From assembly GCA_028826165.1 (NCBI GenBank), contig JAPDFW010000092.1, positions 434,001-498,000 on the forward strand: a stretch of 64,000 bases of DNA, in the 5' to 3' direction. The DNA comes from Anaeramoeba ignava BMAN. Its lineage: Eukaryota > Protista > Anaeramoebae. Position numbers and translations under genes: made by a program. Below the pieces are notes generated by a model, which was not told the DNA's origin, searched no databases, and was given only the letters and a program-made list of their open reading frames with translations. Positions 12,952 through 26,998 of the stretch are shown here, in pieces (positions within the stretch are counted from its first letter, which is position 1; every line of letters starts with the position of its first letter).

Positions 12952-15013
12952 TTAAAAAATTAAAAAATTAAAAAAGAAAAGGAGGAAAATAAGAAGGACA
13001 TTTGAAAAGATAATTTGGGAATTTTGGAACATTATCGATAATTGATAAAAGTATTGAACCCAATCGATAACCTGCAAGAGCAATTTGTTGTTGAGAAATT
13101 TTGATAGTGCGTTCTTTATAAAAATCAGAAGCTGTTCCATTAACTACTATGTCTGTATAAGCATAATCAACAGCAAGTTGATAAGTTTCTGTTCCCCAAG
13201 CTACAAAATCAAAATTGGAATCATTGAATCGATCTTTGAACCAAATTTTTGGATATTTGTTCATAATTGATGTTGCATTTCCTATTAAATATTGAATTCC
13301 TTCTTCATCAAGTGGATATACTCCTAAATATTCACATGCAACTGAATCCCACCAAAAATGTAATCTTGTATTACATGGACTGTCTCCTGTTAAAAGAAAT
13401 AAATTTCCTCCTTGATCTCCATTTGGGAAGAGAGGCGAATACATTTGACAACAATGAAGTGGTTGATGTCTTTATTTCATTTAATTTTCATTTTCAAATT
13501 ATAAATGAATTTTAATTTTAATTTTAATTTTAATTATAATTTTAATTTTAATTTTAATTTTAATTTTAATTTTAATTTTAATTTTAATTTTAATTTTAAT
13601 TTTAATTTGAATTTTAATTTTAATTTTAATTTTAATTTTAATTTTCAATTTTAATTTTGATTTTAATTTTAATTTATAAATGAATTTTAATTTTAATTTT
13701 TTATCCGATTTTTGATTTTAATTTTAATTTTAATTTTAATTTTAATTTTAATTTTGATTTTAATTTTAATTTTAATTTTAATTTTAATTTTAATTTTAAT
13801 TTTAATTTTAATTTTATAATTTAATTTTAATTTTAATTTTAATTTTAATTTTAATTTTAATTTTAATTTTAATTTTAATTTTAATTTTAATTTTAATTTT
13901 AATTTTAATTTTCAATTTATAAATGAATTTTGATTTTAATAAATGATTTTTTTATAATTGAATTTTAATTTTAATTTATAAATGAATTTTTAATTTTAAT
14001 TTTATAAATGAATTTTTAATTTTAATTTTTAATTTTAATTTTAATTTTAATTTTAATTTTAATTTTAATTTTAATTTTAATTTTAATTTTAATTTTATAA
14101 ATGAATTTTCATTTTAATTTTAATTTTAATTTTAATTTTAATTTTAATTTTAATTTTAATTTTAATTTTAATTTTAATTTTAATTTTAATTTTAATTTTA
14201 ATTTTAATTTTAATTTTAATTTTAATTTTAATTTTAATTTAAATTTTAATTTTATAAATGAATTTTAATTTTAATTTTAATTTTATAAATGAATTTTAAT
14301 TTTATAAATGAATTTTAATTTTAATTTTAATTTTAATTTTAATTTTAATTTTAATTTTAATTTTTAATTTATAAATGAATTTTAATTTTAATTTTAATTT
14401 TAATTTTAATTTTAATTTTAATTTTAATTTTTAATTTTAATTTGTAAATGAATTTTAATTTTATTTATAAATGAATTATTTTAATTTTAATTTTAATTTT
14501 AATTTTAATTTTAATTTATAAATGAATTTTAATTTTAATTTTAATTTTATAAATGAATTTTAATTTTATAAATGAATTTTAAATGGAAACACACAAATCT
14601 CCAACAAAATGAATTAATTGTCTTAATTGAAAAGCCCAAGCCCAAATAGAAGTACAATTTGGGGATTGAAGAGTATTAAGAGATTGGTTACAAGCCCACA
14701 TAACATTTTCAGTAGGCATAGTAAAATTAATTGAGATATTTTCAGGATTATAAGGTATATCAGCAAAATGCCAATTAGACATAGAAGAAATATTATAAGG
14801 AGCAGCTTTTATTTCATCAGGCCAAACTGAAGCTTCATAAAAATCTCCTGTAAAATAAGGTTCCCATGTATCAAGTATGTTCATTAATAATTCTTTTTGT
14901 TCTTCCGTTAAATCTCTTGTTGCAATTTCAACTATTATCATATGCCCATTTCCCCACCAACAAAATCCAACAATTATTAAATAAAACGATAAAATTATCC
15001 CTAAAAAATTCAT
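12952..15013 (-). CDS. S1/P1 nuclease family protein, secreted, probably GPI-anchored; 2 exons (15013-14595, 13469-~12952)
   Basis: Signal peptide then WWGNGHMI; ASVWPDEIK; WHFAD; LIHFVGDL|HQPLH joined across a GT..AG intron at 14594-13470; DQGGN, LHFWWDS, QQIALAGYRL. Confidence 0.9.
13500..14580. repeat. (TTTTAA)n hexamer array with recurrent TTATAAATGAA variant, filling the S1/P1 intron
   Basis: Directly visible. Confidence 0.9.
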
Positions 15014-15519
15014 AAAGAAAGAAAAAAATGTTTTTAATTTTTCATTTTTTTTTCATTTTTTTTTTAAGTCAACAACTTTTTTTGTTTTTTGTTTTTTTTG
15101 ACATTTTCTTTCTTTTTTTCTTTTTAAAAAAACAAAATATTGAAAAAATTGGAAAACAATAAATAATTAATTTTTTTAGTTATTTTGGATTTATTGATTT
15201 CGAGAAATAATTTTTTAAAAAAATTTTAATTTTGATTTTGATTTTAATTTGCTTTTGATTTTGATTTTGATTTTAATTTTAGTTTTGCTTTTGATTTTAA
15301 TTTTGATTTTGATTTTGATTTTAATTTTGATTTTGATTAATTTTAATTTTAATTTTGATTTTGATTTTGATTAATTTTAATTTTAATTTTGATTTTGATT
15401 TTAATTTTAATTTTGATTTTGATTTTGATTTTGATTTTGAATTTTGATTTTAATTTTAATTTTAATTTTAATTTTAATTTTGATTTAAATTGATTTTGAT
15501 TTTAATTTTGATTTTGATT

Positions 15520-18114
15520 TTAATTTTGATTTGCTGCCATTCTTTGAAGCACAATTTCTGAAAAATTTTCCACTGGTTGAACTATAATAGAAATTTTTGG
15601 TTTTTGTTGTATATAATATTCTGGATTATCAATGCTTTGTCGTGTTTTAATTTCAACAATCGATGTTTCAATCTCTTTTTATTTCAAATTTAAAATTAAA
15701 TTCAAATTTTTAAATGGATTTTCAATTTTGTATTTTGTTAATTAATTTTGAGTATTTACTTTCAACAGTTATTAAACCTGCTTTTTTTAAATCTTCTACA
15801 ATTTTGATAGTTCTTGAAATAGCTAAAAATTTTATAATTAATTTTATAAATAATTTTATAAATAATTTAATAATTAATTTTATAAATAATTTTATAAATA
15901 AATTTATATTTAATTTTATAAATAATTTTATAATTAATTTTATAATTAATTTTATAAATAATTTTATAAATAATTTTATATTTAATTTTATTAATAATTT
16001 TATTAATAATTTTATAAATAATTTTATAAATAATTTTATTAATAATTTTATATTTAATTTTATAAATAATTTTATAAATAATTTTATAAATAATTTTATA
16101 AATAATTTTATAAATAATTTTATAAATAATTTTATTAATAATTTTATATTTAATTTTATTAATAATTTTATTAATAATTTTATAAATAATTTTATAAATA
16201 ATTTTATTAATAATTTTATATTTAATTTTATAAATAATTTTATAAATAATTTTATAAATAATTTTATAAATAATTTTATAAATAATTTTATAAATAATTT
16301 TATAAATAATTTTATAAATAATTTTATAAATAATTTTATAAATAATTTTATAATTAATTTTATAAATAATTTTATAATTAATTTTATAAATAATTTTATA
16401 AATAATTTTATAAATGATTTTATAAATAATTTTATAAATAATTTTATAAATAATTTTATAAATAATTTTATAAATAATTTTATAAATAATTTTATAAATG
16501 ATTTTATAAATAATTTTATAAATAATTTTATAAATAATTTTATAAATAATTTTATAAATAATTTTATAAATAATTTTATAAATAATTTTATAAATAATTT
16601 AATAATTAATTTTATAAATAATTTTATAAATAATTTTATAAATAATTTAATAATTAATTTTATAAATAATTTTATAAATAATTTAATAATTAATTTTATA
16701 AATAATTTTATAAATAATTTAATAATTAATTTTATAAATAATTTAATAATTAATTTTATAAATAATTTTATAAATAATTTTATAAATAAATTTAATAATT
16801 AATTTTATAAATAATTTTATAAATAATTTTATAAATAATTTTATAATTAATTTTATATTTAATTTTATATTTAATTTTATAAATAATTTTATAAATAATT
16901 TTATAAATAATTTTATTAATAATTTTATAAATAATTTTATAAATAATTTTATAAATAATTTTATAAATAATTTTATAAATAATTTTATAAATAATTTAAT
17001 AATTAATTTTATATTTAATTTTATATATAATTTTATAAATAATTTAATACTTAATTTTATATTTTAATTTTATAATAAATTTTATAATAAATTTTATAAA
17101 TAATTTTATAAATAATTTTATAAATAATTTTATAAATAATTTTATAATTAATTTTATAAATAATTTTATAATTAATTTTATAAATAATTTTATAAATAAT
17201 TTTATAAATAATTTTATAATTAATTTTATAAATAATTTAATAATTAATTTTTATAAATAATTTTATAAATAATTTTATAAATAATTTTATAAATAATTTA
17301 ATAAATAATTTTATAAATAATTTTATAAATAATTTTATAAATAATTTAATAATTAATTTTTATAATTAATTTTATAAATAATTTTATATTTAATTTTATA
17401 TTTAATTTTATATTTAATTTTATAAATAATTTTATAAATAATTTTATAAATAATTTTATAAATAATTTAATAATTAATTTTATAAATAATTTTATATTTA
17501 ATTTTATAAATAATTTTATAAATAATTTTATAAATAATTTTATAAATAATTTTATAAATAATTTTATAAATAATTTTATAAATAATTTTATATTTAATTT
17601 TATAATTAATTTTATAAATAATTTTATAATTAATTTTATAAATAATTTTATAAATAATTTTATAAATAATTTTATAAATAATTTTATAATTAATTTTATA
17701 AATAATTTTATAAATAATTTTATAAATAATTTAATAATTAATTTTATATTTAATTTTATAAATAATTTTATATTTAATTTTATAAATAATTTTATATTTA
17801 ATTTTATATTTAATTTTATATTTAATTTTATAAATAATTTTATAAATAATTTTATAAATAATTTTATAAATAATTTTATAAATAATTTTATATATAATTT
17901 TATAATTAATTTTATAAATAATTTTATAAATAATTTTATTAATAATTTTATAATAAATTTTTCAATCTCTAATGTAATAAAAATTAAAATAAAAAGTACC
18001 TAAACCTAAACCACTGAATTCTAATGGTTGTCCTTTAGAAATATGTGTTTTAATTAAATTTGCATAATATGATGATGATTTACTGTTGGCAGAAATGGGA
18101 ATCAAAATAGACAT
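15520..18114 (-). CDS. Alba-domain DNA/RNA-binding protein, 110 aa, 3 exons (18114-18000, 15822-15760, 15674-15520)
   Basis: The spliced product MSILIPISANSKSSSYYANLIKTHISKGQPLEFSGLGL-A-ISRTIKIVEDLKKAGLITVE-K-IETSIVEIK...QKPKISIIVQPVENFSEIV fits the Alba pattern (Y..L.K...ELSALG.AI...V...E.LK..G......I.TS......K.KI.I); all introns are GT..AG with consistent phases. Confidence 0.85.
15830..17960. repeat. 12-bp minisatellite (ATAAATAATTTT)n forming Alba intron 1
   Basis: Directly visible; generates the spurious INNF ORF. Confidence 0.95.
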
Positions 18115-18321
18115 TGTGGAAAAATTTTTTTTTTGTTTAAAAAGGAAAAAAGACAAAGAAAAAAATGAAAAAAAAAAACAAAAAAAAATAAATTTTTACT
18201 CATTTTCAAATCAAAATTATTAATTTATTTCATTTTATTAGTCATAATAAAAAAAATAAAAAAAAAAAACAAAAAAAAAATTTTTTTTTTCATTTTTTTT
18301 CATTTCCTTTAATTAAATAGA

Positions 18322-20384
18322 ATGGAAGAAACAAAAGCACCACAAAAACAAGAAACACAAACAGAACAAAAAAAAGAAACACAAACACAGCATCACAAGA
18401 AAGAAACACACAAAAAAAGAACTGTTGATAAAGAAATTCAAAAATATTGCAAAATGAAAAGATTTCCAAATAAACTTGAAGTCGGAATTATACAACATCT
18501 TATTCAACTTCAGGTTTGTTTAACGAAAAAGAAAAAGAAAAAGAAAAAGAAAAAAAAATTTTATAATTCATTTTAAATTATATTTATAATAATTCCTTTA
18601 AATTATCATTAATTTTAAAATATAAATATAAATATAAATATAAATATAAATATAAATATAAATATAAATCTAAAAATAAATATAAATATAAATATAAAAA
18701 TAAATATAAATATAAATATAAATATAAATATAAATATAAATATAAATATAAATATAAATATAAATATAAATATAAATATAAATATAAATATAAATATAAT
18801 TATAAATATAAATATAAATATAAATATAATTATAAATATAAAACAAAATATAAATATAAAATATAAATATAAATATAAAATAAATATAAATATAAACATA
18901 AATATAATTATAAATATAAATATAAATATAAATATAAATATAAATATAAACATAAAATAAATATAAATATAAATATAAATATAAACATAAATATAAAATA
19001 AAAATAAAATAAACATAAATATAAATATAAATATAAAATAAATATAAACATAAATAAATAAAACATAAATATAAACATAAATATAAAATAAAAATAAACA
19101 TAAATATAAACATGAATCAAACATAAATATAAACATAAAATATAAAAATAAACATAAATATAAATATAAATATAAAATATAAATATAAATATAAACATAA
19201 AATAAGCTCTTGTCATAAAATATAAATTTAAATATAAAATATAAATATATAAGAATAAACATAAACATAAAAAAAAACATGTAAATATAAATATAAATAT
19301 ATAAATATAATTATAAAATAAACATAAATATAATTTTAAAATATAAATTACATAAAATATAAAATTATAAACTAAATATAAATAAAAATATAAATATAAA
19401 ATATAAATATAAATATAAATATAAATATAAATATTAATATAAAATAAATATAAATATTAATATAAATATAAATATAAATATCAATATCAATATAAATATA
19501 AATATAAATATAAATATAAATCTAAATATAAATATAAATATAAATATCAATATCAATATAAATATAAATATAAATATAAATATAAATCTAAATATAAATA
19601 TAAAAATAAATATAAATATAAAAATAAATATAAATATAAATATTAATGAAATTTTCATTATTTAATTAGGCTTCAACTGAATCAGAAGATTTTAAGACTG
19701 GTCTTGCAAAATTACAAATAACCCAAGTTAGAATATTCCGTCTTGGAAAAGGAAAACAAGCTCTTGTCATTTTTATTCCTGTTCCTTTAATCACAACTTT
19801 ACATTCTGTTCAAGAACAATTAACTCAAGAACTTGAGAAAAAATTCAGTGGAAACACAGTTTTCTTTGTTGCTCAAAGAAGAATTATTCACCCTGAAACA
19901 AGAAAAACAAAAATCAAAAGACAGAAAAGACCTAGAAGTAGAACTTTAACAAGTGTACATATAAAATTCATTTATAAAATCAAAATTAAAATTAGAATTA
20001 AAATTAAAATTATAATTAAAATTAAAATTAAAATTAAAATTAAAATTAAAATTAAAATTAAAATTAAAATTCATTTATAAAATAATTAGGTTTATGAAGC
20101 AATGCTCACAGATATGGTTTATCCAACTGAAATTGTTGGAAAGAGAATTCATTATCATTTAGACGGTCATCAAATAACTAAAATGTACTTTATTTTTATT
20201 TTTATTTTTATTTTTAAATACAAAAATTTAATTATTTAATTATTTATTTAATTATTTAAAAAAAAGTCATCTTGATAAGAAAGATCAAACAACAATTTCT
20301 CCAAGAATTCCTGCTATAGTTAAAGTTTACAAAAAATTAACAAGTAAAAATATAGTTTGTGAATTCCCAACTTTCCAACTTTAA
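18322..20384 (+). CDS. RPS7: 40S ribosomal protein S7 (eS7); exons 18322-18513, 19670-19954, 20090-20184, 20267-20384
   Basis: [77 protein letters not shown]..AG junctions are in frame. Confidence 0.93.
18615..19640. repeat. (AAATAT)n hexamer array in RPS7 intron 1
   Basis: Directly visible. Confidence 0.9.
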
Positions 20385-20766
20385 ATGAATTTTGAAAAAT
20401 TGATTTGATTTCATTTATCAACATTTTTAAAAAACTTTTAAATCAAAAAATAATAATTAAAAAATTAAAAAGAAGATAAAAAGATTTTAAGAGAAGAAAG
20501 AAAAAAGTTTATTTCAATCCTTTTTACTTTCCAACCTTTTTTTTTTGGTTTTTTTTCTTTCACAAAATTTTTTACTTTTTTACATTTTTTTTTTAATAAA
20601 TTCCTTAATAAAGAAAAGATACAAATTTTTATTTAAATTTTTATTTAAATTTTTATTTAAATTTTTATTTAAATTTTTATTTAAATTTTTATTTAAATTT
20701 TTATTTAAATTTTTATTTAATTTTTATTTAAATTTTATTTAAATTTTTTATTTAAATTTTTCTTAT

Positions 20767-20776
20767 ATGACGTCAT
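20767..20776. promoter_or_regulatory. Palindromic ATGACGTCAT (CRE/bZIP-type site) ~125 bp upstream of the eIF1A start
   Basis: Perfect 10-bp palindrome in otherwise GC-poor upstream DNA. Confidence 0.4.
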
Positions 20777-20901
20777 TTAATAAAAATTTTATTAATTTAA
20801 AAAAAAATTTTTTTTCTTTTTTTTTTTTCATTTTTCATTTTTCTTTTTAAAACAACAAAAACAACAAAAACAAAAACAAAACTTTTTTTTTAATAAACAA
20901 A

Positions 20902-22064
20902 ATGCCAAAAAATAAAGGAAAAGGAGGAAAAGGACGTAAAAGAGGAAAAAATACAGCTTGGGAAACAAAAAGACCACTTCTTGAAAAAGAAGAAGGACAA
21001 GAATATGCTTTTGTAGAAAAGATTTTAGGAAATGGAAGATTAGAAGCATATTGTTATGATGGAAAGAGAAGATTATGTCACATTCGGTAAAATTTCACAA
21101 ACAAAACTAATTTTAAAATATTTATATTTATATTTATATTTATATTTATATTTATATTTATATTTATATTTATATTTATATTTATATTTATATTTATATT
21201 TATATTTGTATTTATATTTATATTTATATTTATTTTTATTTAAATTTATATTTATATTTATATTTTAAATATTTATATTTATATTTTAAATATTTATATT
21301 TATATTTATATTTATATTTATATTTATATTTATATTTATTATATTTATATTTATTATATTTATATTTATATTTATATTTATATTTATATTTATTTTAAAT
21401 AATTATAATTGATTAGAGGTGCAATTCGAAAACGTGTTTGGATTAATCAAGGAGATCATATTTTAGTTACACTTCGAGACTTTCAAGATGATAAAGCAGA
21501 TGTTATTCACAGATATACAACAGAAGAAGTTAGAGAATTAAAAAAAATGGGGTGTCTTCCCGATCCAGGTATTTATTTCTTATTAAAATTAAAATTAAAA
21601 TCAAAATTAAAATTAAAATTAAAATTAAAAATTCATTTTGAAATTTAAAATTAAAATTAAAATTAAAAATTTATTTCTTATTAAAATTAAAATTAAAAAT
21701 TCATTTTGAAAATTAAATTTAAAATTAAAATTAAAATTAAAAATTTATTTCTTATTAAAATTAAAATTAAAATTAAAATTAAAATTAAAATTAAAATTAA
21801 AATTAAAATTAAAAATTTATTTCTTATTAAAATTAAAAATTCATTTTGAAATTTAAAATTAAAATTAAAATTAAAATTAAAATTAAAATTAAAATTAAAA
21901 TTAAAATTAAAAATTTATTTCTTATTAAAATTAAATTCTGATTTGTATTTTTAGAGGAAAAGGATGAAGACACTGATGAGAAAATCACTTTCTCACGCAA
22001 TCTCCCTTCTAAAAATGAGGTTGAAAAAGAGAAAGAGACAGAAATTGATTTTGATAACATCTAG
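20902..22064 (+). CDS. EIF1A: Translation initiation factor eIF1A; exons 20902-21086, 21417-21568, 21955-22064
   Basis: [39 protein letters not shown]|[28 protein letters not shown], acidic tail ending IDFDNI-TAG. Confidence 0.95.
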
Positions 22065-22465
22065 ACAAGCCTTCTGCTTGTTCTAGATTGTTATTTTGCT
22101 TGCGGCTGTTGCTGCTCGCTAAATTCCTTATTTTGATTTGATCCTTGATCCATTTTTCAATTTACTTTAAAAAACAAAAAAAAAACAAAAACAGATTTGG
22201 TTATTCTTTTATTCTTTTATTCTTTTATTCTTATTCTTCTTTTAGCAATGATTTTTTCAATTTTATCACATTTAATTAATAATTAATTTTACGTTCAAAT
22301 TCCTTTATCAAAAAAAAATTATTTTTTCATTTCTTAAAAAATCAAAAAAAACTTTCAAATTTTTTTTTTACTTTTTTTTAAAAATTCAAAAAAAAAACAC
22401 TTCAAAAATGAAAGAGAAAATTTCAAATTATGTTTTTTTTGTTTTTTGTTTTTGTTTTTTTGTTT

Positions 22466-24340
22466 CTAATCTTTTTGACTTTTTTGAACCACAAAAAGAA
22501 ATTTTTCTTTAAAAGAAATTGCTCGTTTTTCATTATCAAAAAAGAAAGTAAATTGTTTCTTTTCAGGATTAAATTCAACTTGAGCATTATTATCATTAAG
22601 TTGTATAGAAGATTGAGAAGTTATTGGATAACTTAAAATATTATCTTCTTGAATTCTCAGATGCAATTTATCAAGTTCAATAAAAAGACGAACTTTTTTA
22701 TTCAAAGGAATTTTTGGATCAGAACAATGTTGAATCATAGCAGAATATCTAGGTTGATATTTTTGGAAAAAAGAAACAAATTTTTCTGAATGAGAAGGAT
22801 GAACAAATTGGAACAAAATCATTTTGCAATTATTAATCAATTTGAGTTCATCTTTGTCGTAATGGAAATATTTGAGTTTAAGAGATGAATCAAGCATATT
22901 GTAGTTTTGTATGATTCTGCCATGAGAGGAAAAGGTGATTGAAAATGGGTTACAAATCATATCCGATTCAAGATATCTTGGTGATTTGAAGGGTTCTGAA
23001 GAAATAATTGAGATTTTAAATATTCGACTGAATCTTGCAAGTGATGTTGGTTGTGGTCTTGGAAATTCTTTGAATTCCAAAAGCGAATCGTTGTTTTCGT
23101 TTGTGTCTCCAGAAAGTGTGATATCACAATAAGAGTCTGGTTTTTGTGAGTAAATTGAATCAATGATGAATTGAATAATATTTGATTCAACTAATTTATC
23201 CATAAAGAAAAAATCGATTGAGTCAAATTGCGAATCTCCCCAAGAAAGCGAGATAGTTTGTTCGTTTTCTGGGAATTGAACCAAATTAATAAGATTCAAC
23301 GGGATGCGATTTTGTATGTGGAACGCATTGTTCTCATAGATCATTGCGTTGTTTGTAATTTGGATTGAATGGTGATATTTTAGATCAACCACTTTTGTAT
23401 CTTGCGAAATATTCTGTTTTAGAACTTGGAAGGTTTCCAAAGAGATTTTGTATTGAGGTCTACGGAACTGTTTATTTTGGAATTTATTTGTGATATCTGA
23501 AATAACGGATTTCCTGCTGTTGAAAATCTCATGAAAAGTTCGTGCATGAAAAGAGGATTGAAATTGAATATAGTAATTTTTGTCTTTTGTTTGTATCTGA
23601 AGCCATTGAGATTCTGTTGTGTTGTATTTATCTTTTGTGTTGATGATTTCTGTATTGAGAATGCACTTATTGTAAGAAGAATGCTCCTCAATCAGAAGAA
23701 TTGAAGTTGAAGTTAAAAAACATTTTCCCTTAACGGTTGAATTGATATCTTTGAAATATATCTGGATTCCAAATGACGTTGTTGGGGAGTAAATGTGGAA
23801 CGCAGAAAATGCCTCGATATAATTTTTTGGTGTTGAAAAGAAGAGCGAAAGCTTGAATTTTTCCAATATTGGATAATTTGGGAATTGGAAATCAATTTCA
23901 GAATGATTGTGAAATTCAGAGAATTGAATTGTTAATCCTAATTCTCCTTTCGGTATGATTTTATGCCCTGTAAACCTCATTCGGATCAAAGGTGAATTAT
24001 CCGATCCGATGATTGTAAGTGATCCAAATTCAAATATTACTGTTGCTTGTTTGTTTTCTTGCTGATTCATCCGAATATTAACCAAAAATGTGTTTGTTAT
24101 TGTTTGGAAAAGGTTTTGAGTAAGTTGCTCTCTTGCAGAAAAGGAAAGAAAATTGATTCTATGTGATTCAAAATATTGTTTGAATTGTTGGAGATTTTCT
24201 GTACTGAAAAAGTGAATTGGGATAAAAGTTTGGTAACCAAGAGTAAGAACCAAAGTAAGAGGTTGATTTTCAATTGAACGAAGAAGAGTAGTTGAAGTGT
24301 ATTCAAGATGGAGTGATTTTGATAATTGAGAAAAGGGATT

Positions 24341-24373
<33 letters not shown>

Positions 24374-26897
24374 TTCATTATTATTTTCATTATTATTATT
24401 ATTTTCATTATTTTCATTATTATTTTCATCATTAGAATCTGAATCCTCATCTTCTTCCTCCCCAAATTCAAGATTAATCTCAAATCCATCTTTCTTTGTT
24501 ACAATCTCTCCATTCAATCTCCTTCCGTCATTAATTTCAATTTGGCAAATAAATTTCCTTGATTCAATCCCCATTTTCCAAAAATTATTCATAAATAAAT
24601 TTGATTTATTCCGTTTTTTCTCGAAATCAAGTGTAAATCCTTTTTTTTCTTGAAGAGAAGAAAAACCAATAATCATAAAAAGATATTCATCAATATGAAA
24701 TTTGCAGTGAAGCTGGTTTTCAAACTGGAAGTACAAGTTGGAATATGGACTATATCTTCGACTGATAGTTGTTTCTTGGAATCTAATTGAAAAATGATCT
24801 GATTCAAGAGAGATTTGTGCGAAATATTCAAATTTGAATAGCGAATTGAAAACAAGGATATTGTAAATAGTTGAACAAATTGTAGAGTTAGTTGGAATCG
24901 ATTGGGTTTTAAAAAACTCAAATCCTTGATAAATAAACCGACTGACTTCCTTATCAATTGGGTTTTCCTTTTCTTTCTTTGATTTCGCATATTGAATGTT
25001 TGTTGGGGAAAAAATAAGAGGAAATGGTTTGGATTCTTTTTGGGTTTGCTCGAGATTTGATTTTTCTTGATTTACAAAAAGATGCAAAAAATGAAGATAA
25101 ATATTTATAAACAAATCACGTGAAATTATGTCTTCCATTTGAATTGTAAATCTTTCAGTTGAGGATTTTTGGATCAAAATTCTACGTAGTTCAATTGTGT
25201 GTAAGTAAATATCGTGTTTATCGTTATATTTTATCATTTTTGTTTGAAGATTGGATTTTTTTGGAAAATTTATTTTGATTCCAATATCTAAATCAAGTTC
25301 CAGAGTTGCAAAACATTTTTGATCTGAAAGAAGTTCGACAGCAAAACTGCGTGATTTGTTTTGTGTTGCTTTTGCAATTTCATCGTTGATGATTTGACTG
25401 CGCAGAGGGTTTGCATGATGGAATATTCCTGATTTGATTCGTTGATTATCCGCAATTGGTGAAATTGTTTGCAGTTGAGTGATTTGAGATTCACCGTTTT
25501 CAGTGAATTGTGTGAACATAACTTTGTTCTGCAGAATCTCCACTATTTGATAGCTGTCTACTTTTTGTCGGATGAATCTTTCCTGTATTTGAATTGAAGG
25601 ATTATTTTGGGAATCCTTGGAAATTTTCTTTTTGTAAAGTATTTTTACAAATGATTTCACTGTTCCAAACAATAAATCCCGATACTCCTTTGATTTGCAT
25701 ATCAAATAGATGGTTTTCTTATGGTTTTTTTGCTTTCCCACAATTTTGATTTGATTTGTATTTTTTATTTTCATCATTGAAATCTGATCTTTATGTAAAT
25801 TGTGCCGAAATAACGGCTCCTCTTTATGCGTAGTTACAAACATGATTCCATTTTGAATCATCAAGAAACCTTTTGCGTTTTTTCCCCAGATGTAATTTTC
25901 ACCATCTTGATTGGAGTTATTGCGAATATTCGAACTTCTCTTCTCATTTTTTTCCTCTTCCATTAAAAATATTTGAAATTTTGCTTTTTGTTTTTTGAGA
26001 AATTTCGAAATTAAAATTTCAATTTCTTCTTGAATGGAAAAGATTTTCCCATTAAAGAATCCCAAGGCGATTGCCTGTTTATCATAGTGTTGAAACATTT
26101 GAAATGTTTTAGTGATTAGAAGCTTTTCGTTTTCATTTTTTGCTTGGCATAAAATTGACACTTCTGAATTGAAGTAAATTCTGAATATTTTGGGTTGATC
26201 AGTTAAATCTTGATTTTCAATTCTTGAATATATTGAGTATTTAAAATGAGTTTTTTCGTTTGAGATTTCCAGTTTGAATTTTTTTGGTAATAGTGTTAAT
26301 ATAGCTTGTTGAGAATCATTTGAGTTGCTGATAATTTTGATTTTGAATTCAGCAAAACCAGAAACAAAAAAAAACTCGATATATTTTATCAGTTGGATTT
26401 CTTTGATTTTTGAGAAAAGAGTTAGTAAATCTGTGTAATAATTTTGTGTATAAATTTTCTTTTCTGTTAAAAGAGAAGGGTCGTTTATTCCTATTTGTTT
26501 TCTAAGAGTATCTATTGTGAGGAGTTTATTGACAACATTTTGCCTAAATTGAAAAAAACATTTATAAATTTAATTATAAATTTAATTATAAATTTATTAT
26601 AATTTTCATTATAATTTAATTATAAATTTCATTTTCAATTTAATTATAAATTTCATTATAAATTTCATTTTAAATTTCATTATAATTTAATTATAAATTT
26701 AATTATAAATTTCATTTTAAATTTCATTTTAAATTTCATTTTAAAAATTATAATTTTATTATAATTTTTTACTCTCTTGAAAGATCTAAATTTTTAATAT
26801 GTTTTTCTAATTCTTTAATTTGAGTTTTCCATGTAATTTGTTTTTGAAGTACAAAACCAATAAGTTGAAGTAAATCTTCAACAACAAAATAATCCAT
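22466..26897 (-). CDS. Large (~1.4k aa) uncharacterised protein, possibly with tandem divergent PH-like segments
   Basis: 1231-aa ORF with coding-like sequence continuing upstream to an AG at ~26544; probable first exon from ATG 26897 (MDYFVVEDLLQLIG...) ending at GTAAA ~26772; no family confidently recognised. Confidence 0.6.
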
Positions 26898-26998
26898 TTA
26901 TATTAAAAAATAAAAAAGAAAAAGAAAAAATAAAAAAATAACGTTAAATTTTTTTTTTTCATTTTTTTCATTTTTTTTTTATTCTTTAAATAAAGCTA

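Noticed and set aside
15714-16802. 362-aa INNF-repeat ORF, and similar IF/YI/NF/KI/LN ORFs elsewhere
   Set aside because: These are translations of intronic or intergenic satellites; the Alba gene on the opposite strand explains this region
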